This document shows positions 20,080 to 29,965 of a DNA stretch of 64,000 nt, piece after piece. Every line of letters starts with the position of its first letter. The stretch's first letter is position 1. Where the stretch lies: positions 256,001 to 320,000 of the forward strand of contig CAVQRT010000007.1 of NCBI GenBank assembly GCA_963715195.1, written 5' to 3'. The notes below the pieces were generated by a model. That model saw only the letters and a list, made by a program, of their open reading frames with translations. It was not told the DNA's origin and searched no databases. The position numbers and the translations under genes were made by a program. Source of the stretch: Thermodesulfovibrionales bacterium. GTDB lineage: Bacteria > Nitrospirota > Thermodesulfovibrionia > Thermodesulfovibrionales > SM23-35.

Positions 20080-20151
20080 GTCATGCTGAGCTTGTTTCAG
20101 CATCTCCTCCAAATACTGTTTTATAAGACCCCGAACCAAGTTCAGGGTGAC
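20080..20151. repeat. REP-like double-hairpin palindromic element
   Basis: GTCATGCTGAGCTTGTTTCAGCATCT ... AGACCCCGAACCAAGTTCAGGGTGAC; GTCA/TGAC termini and two internal hairpins. Confidence 0.7.
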
Positions 20152-21738
20152 AGTAATAAAGTTATCACTGCGATACTGATCCTTCTCTTCGTTTCTCTCT
20201 CCTGCTCACGGGAACCGGAAATAAAAAATCCTGATGCTGTCACGGTCGGGTTTCTCGCCGATGCAAAGAGGCTGCTTCCGCTCCTTGCTTCAGACAGCGC
20301 CTCCGGGGAGATCACCGGATGGATCTTTAACGGTCTTACCAAGTACGACAGGGATCTCAAGATAACCGGTGAACTCGCAGAGTCCTGGGAGGTTTCACCT
20401 GACGGCCTTCAGATACTCTTCCATCTCAGGAAAGGTGTCCGGTGGCATGACGGGGCTGAGTTCACCTCGGAAGACGTCCTTTTTACCTATAACACGGTAA
20501 CTGATCCAAAGGTCCCGACGCCTTACAGCAGCAACTATGGCCCGGTAAAAAATGTTGAAGCATTGGATAAATATACCGTAAGAGTTTCATATCATGAACC
20601 TTTCGCGCCCGCTCTTGAGTCCTGGGGCATGGGGATTTTACCTAAACATATACTTTATGATAATGACATAACTAAAGAAATTTACAGCAGAAAACCAATC
20701 GGAACTGGTCCGTATCGGCTCAGGGAATGGGTTACCGGTCAAAAGGTAATCCTTGAGGCAAATGCGGAGTATTATGAAGGGAGACCGGGAATAGACAAAT
20801 TCGTCGCACGGGTTATCCCTGATACTGCCACCATGTTTCTTGAACTGAAATTCGGCGGCATAGATTTTATGGGCCTTACTCCTCCTCAATATAAGCTTCA
20901 AGCAACCAAAGAAACCTTCAACAAATATTTTCAGAAATTCAGATATCCTGCTTTTGGATATACCTATTTAGGATACAATCACCTTGACCCACAATTTGCT
21001 GACATGCGGGTAAGGCGGGCTATTACCCATGCAATTAATAAAAATGACATCATCGCGGGGGTATTGCTCGGATACGGAACCCCCTGCACGGGGCCCTTTC
21101 CACCTGAATCCTGGGCCTATAATCCGAAAGTTAAAGACCTTGCATATGATCCTGATCTTTCAATAAAACTTTTGGGAGAGGCAGGCTGGAAATCAGGCAA
21201 AAACGGTACTCTCGAAAAGAATGGGAAACCATTTGAATTTACAGTTATTACCAATCAGGGCAATGAAGCGCGTCTCAAGACAGCTCAGATAATCAAGGAA
21301 AGCCTGAGAAAGATCGGGATCAGCATGAACATTAAGGTCCTCGAGTGGCAGGCAATGCTCCATGAATTCATCGACAAGAAACGGTTTGAAGCGATTATCA
21401 TGGGTTGGGGTCTGTCACGGGATCCTGATATGTATGATATCTGGCACTCTTCCAAGACAAAGGAGGGTGAGTTCAATTTTATTTCATACAAAAATACTGA
21501 AGTTGATCGTCTTCTGCTCGAGGGGCGTCGTACCTTTGATCACGGAAAGAGAACAGAGATTTACCACAGAATTCATGAAATACTTGCCGAAGAACAGCCG
21601 TATACTTTTCTCTATGTGCCCGATGCCCTGCCGGTTCTCCACAAAAGATTTAAAGGTGTTGAAAAAGCCCCGATCGGAATCTGGCATGATTTCATTCACT
21701 GGAAGGTCCCGAAAAACAGCATCGAGTGGTACAACTGA
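20083..21738 (+). CDS. Peptide ABC transporter substrate-binding lipoprotein (family 5); start uncertain
   Basis: LILLFVSLSC lipobox, LAESWEVS.DG...FHLRKGVRWHDG..FTSEDV, PIGTGPY. Confidence 0.9.
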   Translation: MLSLFQHLLQILFYKTPNQVQGDSNKVITAILILLFVSLSCSREPEIKNPDAVTVGFLADAKRLLPLLASDSASGEITGWIFNGLTKYDRDLKITGELAESWEVSPDGLQILFHLRKGVRWHDGAEFTSEDVLFTYNTVTDPKVPTPYSSNYGPVKNVEALDKYTVRVSYHEPFAPALESWGMGILPKHILYDNDITKEIYSRKPIGTGPYRLREWVTGQKVILEANAEYYEGRPGIDKFVARVIPDTATMFLELKFGGIDFMGLTPPQYKLQATKETFNKYFQKFRYPAFGYTYLGYNHLDPQFADMRVRRAITHAINKNDIIAGVLLGYGTPCTGPFPPESWAYNPKVKDLAYDPDLSIKLLGEAGWKSGKNGTLEKNGKPFEFTVITNQGNEARLKTAQIIKESLRKIGISMNIKVLEWQAMLHEFIDKKRFEAIIMGWGLSRDPDMYDIWHSSKTKEGEFNFISYKNTEVDRLLLEGRRTFDHGKRTEIYHRIHEILAEEQPYTFLYVPDALPVLHKRFKGVEKAPIGIWHDFIHWKVPKNSIEWYN

Positions 21739-22716
21739 ATGCCGATCATCCAGGTGGAAAATCTCGTCAAGAAATTCGGCAAAATTACTGCCGTCGATAC
21801 CATATCCTTCGACGTTGAGGAAGGCACGATCTTCGGATTTCTCGGTCCGAACGGAGCCGGAAAGACCACCACGATCAGTATCCTTTGCACCCTCCTCTCC
21901 CCGACTTCGGGCAGAACACTCATCGCAGGGTATGACTGTATGAAAGACTCCTCAAAGGTGAGGAATGCTATCGGCATTGTTTTTCAGGATACAACACTCG
22001 ATAAGGACCTCACCGCGTACGAGAACCTGATCTTTCATGCCTATCTGTACAGTGTTCCAAAAACAGAGATGAAAGAGCGGGTTCATGATGTCCTGAATTT
22101 TGTCGATCTCTATGACCGAAGAAACGATCTGGTCAAAAAGTTCTCCGGTGGCATGAAACGGAGGCTCGAAGTTGCCCGGGGACTGCTGCACAGGCCGAGA
22201 GTGCTCTTCCTGGATGAACCTACCCTCGGCCTCGACCCGCAAAGCAGAACGAATCTCTGGGAATTCATTACCGGGCTTCCCGGGAAACACAACGTCACCA
22301 TCTTCATGACTACTCACTACATGGAGGAAGCTGAGGTTTGCGACAGGATTGCAATCATAGATCACGGGAAAATCATTGCGATGGACACGCCCGATGAGCT
22401 GAAAAAAACAGTAGGAGGCGATGTCGTCTCCATAACGACTACGGACAATGAAAGCGCCAGATACGATATAGAACATGCGTTCCGCATGAACGTTGACGAA
22501 AAAGAAAATGCACTCTACATGACTTGCAGCAGGGGAGACACCTGTATTCCGGAATTGATAAGAACTCTGGGTGAAAGGGTTCTCTCGGTGAGAATTCAGA
22601 GGCCAACCCTGAACGATGTCTTTCTGAAACTCACCGGCAAGTCAATACGGGAGATCGAATCTTCCGGGAATGACTCGGTGCGCGAATCTGTCAGGGCATA
22701 CAGAAGGAGAAAATGA
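21739..22716 (+). CDS. ABC-2 exporter ATP-binding subunit (DrrA-like)
   Basis: GPNGAGKTT, FSGGMKRR, LFLDEPT.GLDP, TTHYMEEAE. Confidence 0.93.
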   Translation: MPIIQVENLVKKFGKITAVDTISFDVEEGTIFGFLGPNGAGKTTTISILCTLLSPTSGRTLIAGYDCMKDSSKVRNAIGIVFQDTTLDKDLTAYENLIFHAYLYSVPKTEMKERVHDVLNFVDLYDRRNDLVKKFSGGMKRRLEVARGLLHRPRVLFLDEPTLGLDPQSRTNLWEFITGLPGKHNVTIFMTTHYMEEAEVCDRIAIIDHGKIIAMDTPDELKKTVGGDVVSITTTDNESARYDIEHAFRMNVDEKENALYMTCSRGDTCIPELIRTLGERVLSVRIQRPTLNDVFLKLTGKSIREIESSGNDSVRESVRAYRRRK

Positions 22717-22723
22717 AAAGAAC

Positions 22724-22815
22724 GGGTTCGATGGTACGAGGATTCAAGGGTTCAAATGCTCTTGGAAACTATTTTCACATCACTGGGATCCTTGAATCCT
22801 TGACCTCTCGGTTCC
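22724..22815. repeat. Inverted array of 8-mer tandem repeats (intergenic)
   Basis: Left GGGTTCGA TGGTACGA GGATTCAA GGGTTCAA; right TGGGATCC TTGAATCC TTGACCTC TCGGTTCC. Confidence 0.7.
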
Positions 22816-22825
22816 TTCACGGGCT

Positions 22826-23590
22826 ATGGAACTGAACGCTATTTACGTTATTGTTGCACGGGAATTCAAAAAATTCATCCGGGAAAAGAGCCGCCTGATC
22901 TCTGCGATAGCACGGCCCGTCCTGTGGCTTTTCATCGTTGGAGCAGGGTTATCGAGGCTCGTTCCGCGCGATACCGGCGTGCCCTACACACAGTTCATTT
23001 TCCCCGGCATCATCGGCATGACAATCCTCTTCAGTTCGATCTTTTCATCCATATCGATCATATGGGACAAGGAATTCGGGTTCATGAAGGAGATCCTTGT
23101 TGCTCCCGTCTCCCGTCTCTCGATCGTCGTGGGAAAAGCATTGAGCGGGACCATCGTTTCAACGATTCAGGCCGTCATCATTCTTGCCCTCTTCCCCTTT
23201 CTCGGATTCAAACTCACCCTGATACAGGTTATATCGATTGTCTTCATCTGTGCTTCACTGTCTTTCTGCATTTCTGCGTTCGGCATTGTTCTCGCAACGT
23301 TCTATGACAGCTACGAGAGTTTCAGTGTCATCATGAACTTCATTATCATGCCGATGTTCTTCCTGTCAGGCGCGATGTATCCGGTTAAGCTCCTTCCGGA
23401 CATTCTGAAGGTTGTTGCAAAAATAAATCCCCTCACCTATGGAATTGATGCGCTAAAACACGTGATCTTTCCCCATAGCATAGGATCTATGGGACCCGAT
23501 TTCTCTCTGCTCACAAATGCGGCGGTAATCGTTCTCACGTCACTGGTATTTGTTTTTGTTGCAGGAAAAGCATTTGAAAGGAAACAGTAA
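22826..23590 (+). CDS. ABC-2 exporter permease (DrrB-like)
   Basis: DKEFGFMKEILVAP, PMFFLSGA.YP, NPLTYGIDA. Confidence 0.92.
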   Translation: MELNAIYVIVAREFKKFIREKSRLISAIARPVLWLFIVGAGLSRLVPRDTGVPYTQFIFPGIIGMTILFSSIFSSISIIWDKEFGFMKEILVAPVSRLSIVVGKALSGTIVSTIQAVIILALFPFLGFKLTLIQVISIVFICASLSFCISAFGIVLATFYDSYESFSVIMNFIIMPMFFLSGAMYPVKLLPDILKVVAKINPLTYGIDALKHVIFPHSIGSMGPDFSLLTNAAVIVLTSLVFVFVAGKAFERKQ

Positions 23591-23647
23591 CCGATATTTC
23601 CCTTCCCATGAAAAAATGGAAATGATAAACTATTGAACCGCGGGTGA

Positions 23648-24367
23648 ATGACAATGATGCCATTTTGTCTCATAGCGAAAACGATATCGGACGCATGGTT
23701 CCAGCTCATCTTTAATCTGTTTGATAAGGCATATTCACAGAATATTCAGAAAGGTTCCTTTGAAAACGAACAGTACCGCCTTCAGTATCCGGGCATTGCA
23801 GTCTTTATTGAACATCCATCGACTGATATCGTGCCGACCATCCCCCCCGGTCTCGGGATTCCCGCTCCGACGACCATGGAATACATTGAAGACTATTTTG
23901 CGAATTACCTGATGAACCCGGAACCGGGAGAAAATGAAACATATACCTATGCAGGCAGAATTCAACATCCGATGCCGGATGGCGGTTCGCAGCTTGAGCG
24001 AGTTGTGGATATGCTCCGGAGCACGCCGCTTACCAATCAGGCGGTCGTCGAAATCGCAACTCCTGAAGATCTCGACATCTGTTGCGGCAAGGACGGCAAG
24101 CTTGATCCCCCGTGCCTGAGACTGCTTGATTTTAAAGTGATACCATTGGACGATGCTTTCCTTCTGACCGTCAGTGTTTATTTCCGGTCATGGGACCTCT
24201 GGGCAGGGTTTCCGACAAACCTCGGCGGCATTGAACTCCTCAAGCAGTATGTGGCATCTGAAGCCTCACTGCAGAACGGGCCGATGTATGCATACAGTGC
24301 GGGTGCACATATCTATGGCTACCAGGAAGAAATCGCCCGTTTACGAACCCTCAGGAGAAAAAAATAA
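23648..24367 (+). CDS. Thymidylate synthase family protein (short, archaeal-like type)
   Basis: YTYAGRI, PPCLR catalytic Cys, FRSWD..AGFPTN, HIY. Confidence 0.8.
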   Translation: MTMMPFCLIAKTISDAWFQLIFNLFDKAYSQNIQKGSFENEQYRLQYPGIAVFIEHPSTDIVPTIPPGLGIPAPTTMEYIEDYFANYLMNPEPGENETYTYAGRIQHPMPDGGSQLERVVDMLRSTPLTNQAVVEIATPEDLDICCGKDGKLDPPCLRLLDFKVIPLDDAFLLTVSVYFRSWDLWAGFPTNLGGIELLKQYVASEASLQNGPMYAYSAGAHIYGYQEEIARLRTLRRKK

Positions 24368-24380
24368 CCTTGACGCAATG

Positions 24381-24410
24381 TTGACATTATCTGAATATAA
24401 GTGCTATTTT
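24381..24410 (+). promoter_or_regulatory. Putative sigma70 promoter
   Basis: TTGACA - 18 nt - TATTTT preceded by TGn. Confidence 0.5.
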
Positions 24411-24448
24411 TTTATAGTAAACTTAAAGGAGTATTGATTGCATCATTG

Positions 24449-24479
24449 ACCGCACATGTCGTCATATGCGGTTTTTTTT
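24449..24479 (+). terminator. Intrinsic terminator/attenuator in the leader of the FabK/NMO-like gene
   Basis: ACCGCACATG-TCGT-CATATGCGGT followed by a T run. Confidence 0.75.
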
Positions 24480-24521
24480 ATGCATGATTCCTGGATCACC
24501 GACCTTTGAAGATTACATTAT

Positions 24522-25622
24522 ATGAGCATGTCCGTCACGCGTATCGATAAACTGAAGCCTCTCACCATAGGTTCATTAACGGCAAAGCTCCCCATAATCC
24601 AGGGAGGGATGGGTATCGGGATTTCTCTGTCCGGGCTTGCTTCAGCAGTGGCTAATGAAGGCGGTATAGGAGTTATCGCAACAGCCGGGATCGGGATGAG
24701 CGAACCTGATTTCTTTAAGAATTCCTTCGAAGCAAATCTCAGGGCTTTGCGAAAAGAGATACGAAAAGCGAGGGAATTATCAAAAGGGATTCTCGGAGTT
24801 AATATCATGGTGGCTTTATCAGATTTTGCCGACCTCGTAAGAGCTGCAATTGAGGAGGGCATAGATATTATTTTTTCCGGAGCCGGACTGCCGCTCAATC
24901 TTCCCCAATTCCTGCCGGAAAAAGCCCGGACAACAATCGCCCCAATCGTATCCTCTGCAAGAGCAGCCGCACTCATCGCAAAAAAATGGTCAGAGAAATA
25001 CGGCCGCCTGCCGGATGCAGTTGTGGTGGAAGGACCCAAAGCAGGAGGCCATCTCGGGTTTAAAGAAGAAATGATTCATGATCCTGCATATTCTCTGGAG
25101 AAACTCGTTACGGAGGTAATTCAGGCAATGCACCCCTTTGAAGAAAGATACGGGAAATCAATTCCCGTCATAGCAGCCGGAGGAATTTATACCGGACAGG
25201 ATATCTTCCGGTTTTTTCAGTTGGGGGCATCCGGTGTCCAGATGGCAACACGGTTTGTTACCACGCATGAATGCGATGCATCTCTTGATTTTAAACAGAC
25301 ATATATCGATTCAAAAAAAGAGGATATGACGATTATCAAAAGCCCGGTAGGAATGCCCGGGAGGGCCATTAAAAATACCTTCCTCGAAGAAGTCAGTCAG
25401 GGGAAGAGGAAACCGTTTAAATGCCCTTACCATTGCCTGAAAACGTGTGATTACAAGAACAGTCCCTATTGCATTACCCTCGCTCTGATGAACGCAAAGA
25501 AGGGGAATTTATCACAGGGTTTTGCATTTGCCGGGGAAAACGCATACAGGGCAACTGGTATTACTTCCGTAAAGGAATTAATAGAGACCTTAAAAAGGGA
25601 ATATGCTGAAGCAGCCGGCTAA
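24522..25622 (+). CDS. Nitronate monooxygenase / FabK-like flavoprotein
   Basis: PIIQGGMG, SGAGLP, VEGPKAGGHLG, VIAAGGI, GVQMATRF; CPYHCLKTC...YCI cluster. Confidence 0.88.
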   Translation: MSMSVTRIDKLKPLTIGSLTAKLPIIQGGMGIGISLSGLASAVANEGGIGVIATAGIGMSEPDFFKNSFEANLRALRKEIRKARELSKGILGVNIMVALSDFADLVRAAIEEGIDIIFSGAGLPLNLPQFLPEKARTTIAPIVSSARAAALIAKKWSEKYGRLPDAVVVEGPKAGGHLGFKEEMIHDPAYSLEKLVTEVIQAMHPFEERYGKSIPVIAAGGIYTGQDIFRFFQLGASGVQMATRFVTTHECDASLDFKQTYIDSKKEDMTIIKSPVGMPGRAIKNTFLEEVSQGKRKPFKCPYHCLKTCDYKNSPYCITLALMNAKKGNLSQGFAFAGENAYRATGITSVKELIETLKREYAEAAG

Positions 25623-25626
25623 GGCT

Positions 25627-26698
25627 TCATGAGGATGCATCGACGGGAAACCGGATGGTAAATGTCGTTCCTTTTCCTTCTTCGCTCTTCACCGATATAG
25701 TGCCTTTGTGATCCTGAATGATCTTGAGCGCAAAGGTGAGTCCGAGTCCAGGACCATAGACCTTCGAAGTTACCATCGGATCGAAGATATTCTTGATTTT
25801 TTCCTGAGCGATGCCCTTTCCGGTATCTGAAATTTGCAGCTCCAGGTTATCGCTGTTCACCCTGCTCAGAATATTCAGCGTCTGTGCCCCGTTTTCCATT
25901 GCTTCCAGCGCATTTTTAATAAGATTGCAGAACGCCCGCTTCAGGAGTTTTTTGTCCGCGTTTATCAGAGGAATGCCCTCCTGAAGATCGGTTTCGACAT
26001 GTACTGCCTTCTGCACAATATCCTGTTTGAAGACAGTCAGGGAGTCCCGGACAACCTCATTGATGTCCGACGGTTCTTTGATCGATATCGAAATTGATTT
26101 CAGCTCGATCAGCTGCTTGATCATACTCTCGAGAACTGCGACATCCTCGATGATATACTGCAAATATTTCCTGTTCGGGTCATCTTCCTCCAGCTTGTTG
26201 AATACCTTGCGGGCAAACCCTCCAACTGATGTAAGCGGATTTCTGATCTCGTGTGCAACCTGTTCCATCATCTGCTCGAGGGCCCCGGATCTCTTCTTCT
26301 TCGACCTTTTTCTGATGGGTTGCCTTTATCGAGAGCAGAGACCTGATCCGCGCAGAGAGTTCCTTGTAGTCAAAAGGCTTTGCCATATAATCATCAGCAC
26401 CGATGTCAAGACCTTTGACTTTATGTTCGACTTCACCTTTTGCCGTAAGCATGAGAATCGGGATATACCTCGTTTTTTCATCCGCCTTGAGTCTCTGACA
26501 GACTTCATAGCCGTCTATTTTCGGCATCATAATGTCAAGGACGATCAGATCGGGATCATACTCAGGAACCTTCTTGAGCGCCTCTTCGCCGTTGTAAGCC
26601 TCTGCCGTGTCGTATCCTTCAGCCCGGAATCTCTTTTTCAGCAGTTCCACAGTATCTTCAGCGTCATCGACAATCAGAATCTTACTCGTGTTCTCCAC
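25627..26698 (-). pseudogene. Receiver + histidine kinase hybrid, split by a one-base frameshift near 26293
   Basis: REC domain (26180..26698, LDIMMP, AKPF) reads ...KKVEEE, then RSGALEQMMEQVAHEIRNPL (HisKA/HATPase) continues in another frame. Confidence 0.75.
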
Positions 26699-27083
26699 CT
26701 AAGATGCTCTCCCGCTTGCCCCGGATAAAAGATCTGATCTGATCAGGTAATTCACGAATATTGACTGGTTTAGAGATATATCCTTCGAATCCTGCCACTA
26801 TGACTTTTTCACGGTCTCCTTTCATTGCATGGGCAGTAAAAGCCACTATCGGGATGTCCTGGAATTCCTCCATGCCTTTCAGGCGTTTCGCAACCTCATA
26901 ACCATCCAGTTTCGGGAGTGAGATATCCAGCAGTATCAGGTCAGGCTTTTCTGCAACCGCCTTTTCTACGGCCTCCTCACCATCTTCAGCTTCAACCGTA
27001 ATGTACCCCTTGTTCCTGAGTACCTTTACGACAAGTTCACGATTATCCTGATTGTCCTCGACGATCAAAACCTTTCTCTGCAT
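26682..27083 (-). CDS. Single-domain response regulator (DivK-like)
   Basis: VEDN, LLDISLP, TAHAMKGDRE, YISKP. Confidence 0.92.
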   Translation of the reverse strand: MQRKVLIVEDNQDNRELVVKVLRNKGYITVEAEDGEEAVEKAVAEKPDLILLDISLPKLDGYEVAKRLKGMEEFQDIPIVAFTAHAMKGDREKVIVAGFEGYISKPVNIRELPDQIRSFIRGKRESILGGEHE

Positions 27084-27212
27084 AGAGCTGTTATTCCTCT
27101 GTAAACTGATCCTGCAAGATAGTTCGCTTCATATTATATCGGAACCCGTACATTTTGGTTTGTATCATTTTGGCAGGTAAAAGGTAATTTTGCCGGTATT
27201 TTGATGGATTCT

Positions 27213-29912
27213 TCACGAATCCCTGCCGATTTTCTGTATGGTGGTTTTGAGATCCTTGAGAAGGTCATCCTTCGTCAGAACGACGTTATTGAGGATACCC
27301 ATAATTCTGCCGTTCAATTTATCCCTCTCTTCATCCGACAACTCCCTCGGCGTCAGCACAATCAGCGGAATGTCTTTCATCCTATGCGCTGCCTTCAGAT
27401 ATTCAATAACATCGAATCCGATTTCGGGTGTCGCCAGATTCAGAATAATAAGATCAGGCATGAAATTCTCGATGGACCTTACGGCATCTGCACTGTTATA
27501 AGAGGTTGTTACCTGATATTCCGCCTCTTCAAGAACGCTTCCGATGAGCCTGACGGATGCCGGATCATTGTCTACAATCAGTATTCTCTTGATCTTGCTC
27601 ATCTTTTCAAGGGACTTGAGTTTCTTTAAAAGGACATCTTTGTCAACCGGTTTTACAATATACTCTGCTGCACCGAGGCTGAATCCCATCCTCTGATCAT
27701 CCACGATCGACAGAACGATAACCGGGATATCCTGGGTATCCGGGTCATTCTTCAGTTCCCGCAACACTTCCCATCCATCCTTGAGCGGCATCATGATGTC
27801 CAGGGTGATGGCCATCGGTTTTATCTGTTTTGCCTTTGCGACCGCCTCATCTCCACCCAGGAGGCCGACTACGGTATAATCGTCACCGAGATACTTGCAT
27901 ATGATATCAATCGCCTCAGGGTTATCATCGATCGCAAGAATAATTTTCTTGTCGTTTCCTTTTGCTGCTATATGTTCTACCAGGTACTCCTCGTCGACTT
28001 CCGTCACGATGCTTTTGATCAGATCACACCCTTTGCAGAAATCCACTTTCTCCGGGTATGCCGCTATTTTCATTCCGGTACAATGTGTTCCCATCATCAG
28101 CCAGCATCGCGGTTCGGCGCTTCCGTAAGCAGGACAGCTTGGCTGTCCGCACCGGATATACTCCCAGCAATGAATCGGTTTACCTCCGTATACCGGCTCC
28201 CGGAGGAAGTCATCAACAGGTTTTCCAAAATAGTCAGCCAGTCCCTCAGCCACCCTGGTCTCTATTACCGGTTCCGCACTCTTGTCCAGAATACTTTTCT
28301 TGATCGGAAGGGTAAAACAGAATGTGCTCCCCTCACCAACTTTACTGTTCACCCATATGATTCCCTTGTGCAGTGAAACCAGTCCCCGGGCAATACTGAG
28401 ACCAAGCCCGGTGCCTTCGTATTGCCGGACGGTCGTCAGATCAGCCTGCACAAACTTGTCGAATATCTTTGTGACATCTTCTTCCTTGATGCCGATTCCG
28501 GTATCCGCAACGGAAATTTCCATAAAAAGCGGCTCCTCTCCCGGTTTGATGCCCCTTTCTGAAATCCTCGCTGAGATGGTTATTCCGCCTTTTTGTGTAA
28601 ATTTAATCGCGTTGGACAAGAGATTGATCAGGATCTCCTTGACCCTGTCTTCGTCGCCATATATAAGGGGCAGATCCTCCGGGATATCAACCGTAAGATC
28701 AATGCCTTTCATCTTCATCTGGGGCTCAAAGGCGGTGGTCGCTGATGCAACAAGCCATTTCAGGTCAATCTCTTTCGGGTTAATTTTCATCTTCCCGGCT
28801 TCAATCTTCGAAATATCCAGAACATCATTGATCAGCTGCAGCAAATGTCTCGCATTGGTTGACACTTTGTTCAGGCTTTTCTTCTGGTCTTCGTTGACCG
28901 GTCCGTCAACACCATCGAACAAAAGATCGGTGTATCCTATAATGGCATTCATCGGTGTCCGGAGTTCGTGCGACATGTTGGCAAGAAATGTCGACTTCAA
29001 TTTGTCCAGTTCCCTGAGATCCTTGTTTGCCCTTTCGAGCAGATTCATGAGCCTCGTCCTTTCATTCAGCAAAGCGGTTTTCCTCTTAACCTCCTCTTCC
29101 AGCTTCTTGCTGAACGATGCAACACTCTCGACCATGTAATTAAAGGTTCTTCCCAGAATCCCTATTTCATCTTCAGTCTTCACCTCAACTTTCACGGATG
29201 TGTCGCCTTCTGCAAACTTTTTCGCTCTGTCGGCAAGCAGTTCCACCGGATGCCTGACCAGTTGGTTCACCATGACATATGAAAGGATAATAGCAATGGG
29301 AATAAGGAATGCAACGATGATGATCGTCCTGTTTCTCTGAGCGGTGACCTGTGCATAGGTCCGTTCGGCATCAAGGCGAACCACGATGCCTCCGAGTACT
29401 TTTTTTGTATTTCCATGACAGTGGAAGCAGTCCTGTTCATTCAAAATGGGCCGCATAACAACAATTTGTCTTCTTCCTGATACAAAATCTTCAAAAGGCT
29501 TTCGGGGATCAATCGTGGGTGCGATCCCCGTCTTGAGAGTCTCAGACAGTTTCCGGGAGATATTCCTGTTATTGATCGAGTCAGATAGGGTTGTGTTTAC
29601 TTTGTCGGTATCGGTCGAATAAACGACTTCCTGTTTAAAATCACAGATAAATACCTCAACATCCTTCATCTTCTCACGAATATCGGATAATTCCCTTTTA
29701 ATGGCCTCGCTGTCCCCGACCTCCATGGGATACTTGATTCCGGCATAAATTGAATCGGCAAGTTCGGTACTGAGTGCTGCTGCTATTTCCAGCCGGTCTC
29801 CCGTTCCAAAATAGATTCGCATGTAGATCTCCGTCATGAGAACAAGGAAAATGATAACGAGCATAGCAACCATTATCTTGTACCCTAATCTCTTCCGTAT
29901 AATCCCGAACAT
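27213..29912 (-). CDS. Hybrid sensor kinase: periplasmic CxxCH domain, HAMP, HisKA, HATPase, Cys-rich domain, two REC domains
   Basis: CFHCH between two TMs; ANMSHELRTPMN; GTGLGL; HCWEYIRC..SCPAY..RCWL..THC..FCKGC; TLDIMMP; second REC has ILNL. Confidence 0.92.
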   Translation of the reverse strand: MFGIIRKRLGYKIMVAMLVIIFLVLMTEIYMRIYFGTGDRLEIAAALSTELADSIYAGIKYPMEVGDSEAIKRELSDIREKMKDVEVFICDFKQEVVYSTDTDKVNTTLSDSINNRNISRKLSETLKTGIAPTIDPRKPFEDFVSGRRQIVVMRPILNEQDCFHCHGNTKKVLGGIVVRLDAERTYAQVTAQRNRTIIIVAFLIPIAIILSYVMVNQLVRHPVELLADRAKKFAEGDTSVKVEVKTEDEIGILGRTFNYMVESVASFSKKLEEEVKRKTALLNERTRLMNLLERANKDLRELDKLKSTFLANMSHELRTPMNAIIGYTDLLFDGVDGPVNEDQKKSLNKVSTNARHLLQLINDVLDISKIEAGKMKINPKEIDLKWLVASATTAFEPQMKMKGIDLTVDIPEDLPLIYGDEDRVKEILINLLSNAIKFTQKGGITISARISERGIKPGEEPLFMEISVADTGIGIKEEDVTKIFDKFVQADLTTVRQYEGTGLGLSIARGLVSLHKGIIWVNSKVGEGSTFCFTLPIKKSILDKSAEPVIETRVAEGLADYFGKPVDDFLREPVYGGKPIHCWEYIRCGQPSCPAYGSAEPRCWLMMGTHCTGMKIAAYPEKVDFCKGCDLIKSIVTEVDEEYLVEHIAAKGNDKKIILAIDDNPEAIDIICKYLGDDYTVVGLLGGDEAVAKAKQIKPMAITLDIMMPLKDGWEVLRELKNDPDTQDIPVIVLSIVDDQRMGFSLGAAEYIVKPVDKDVLLKKLKSLEKMSKIKRILIVDNDPASVRLIGSVLEEAEYQVTTSYNSADAVRSIENFMPDLIILNLATPEIGFDVIEYLKAAHRMKDIPLIVLTPRELSDEERDKLNGRIMGILNNVVLTKDDLLKDLKTTIQKIGRDS

Positions 29913-29965
29913 GTTTCCCCTTTTATTGCCTGTGTACTTTCTCCGGTCTGCTACCTACTATCTGC

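Noticed and set aside
19966..20082. Long N-terminal extension of the peptide-binding protein given by the ORF track
   Set aside because: Overlaps the better-supported micro-ORF, lacks an RBS and puts the lipoprotein signal far from the start.
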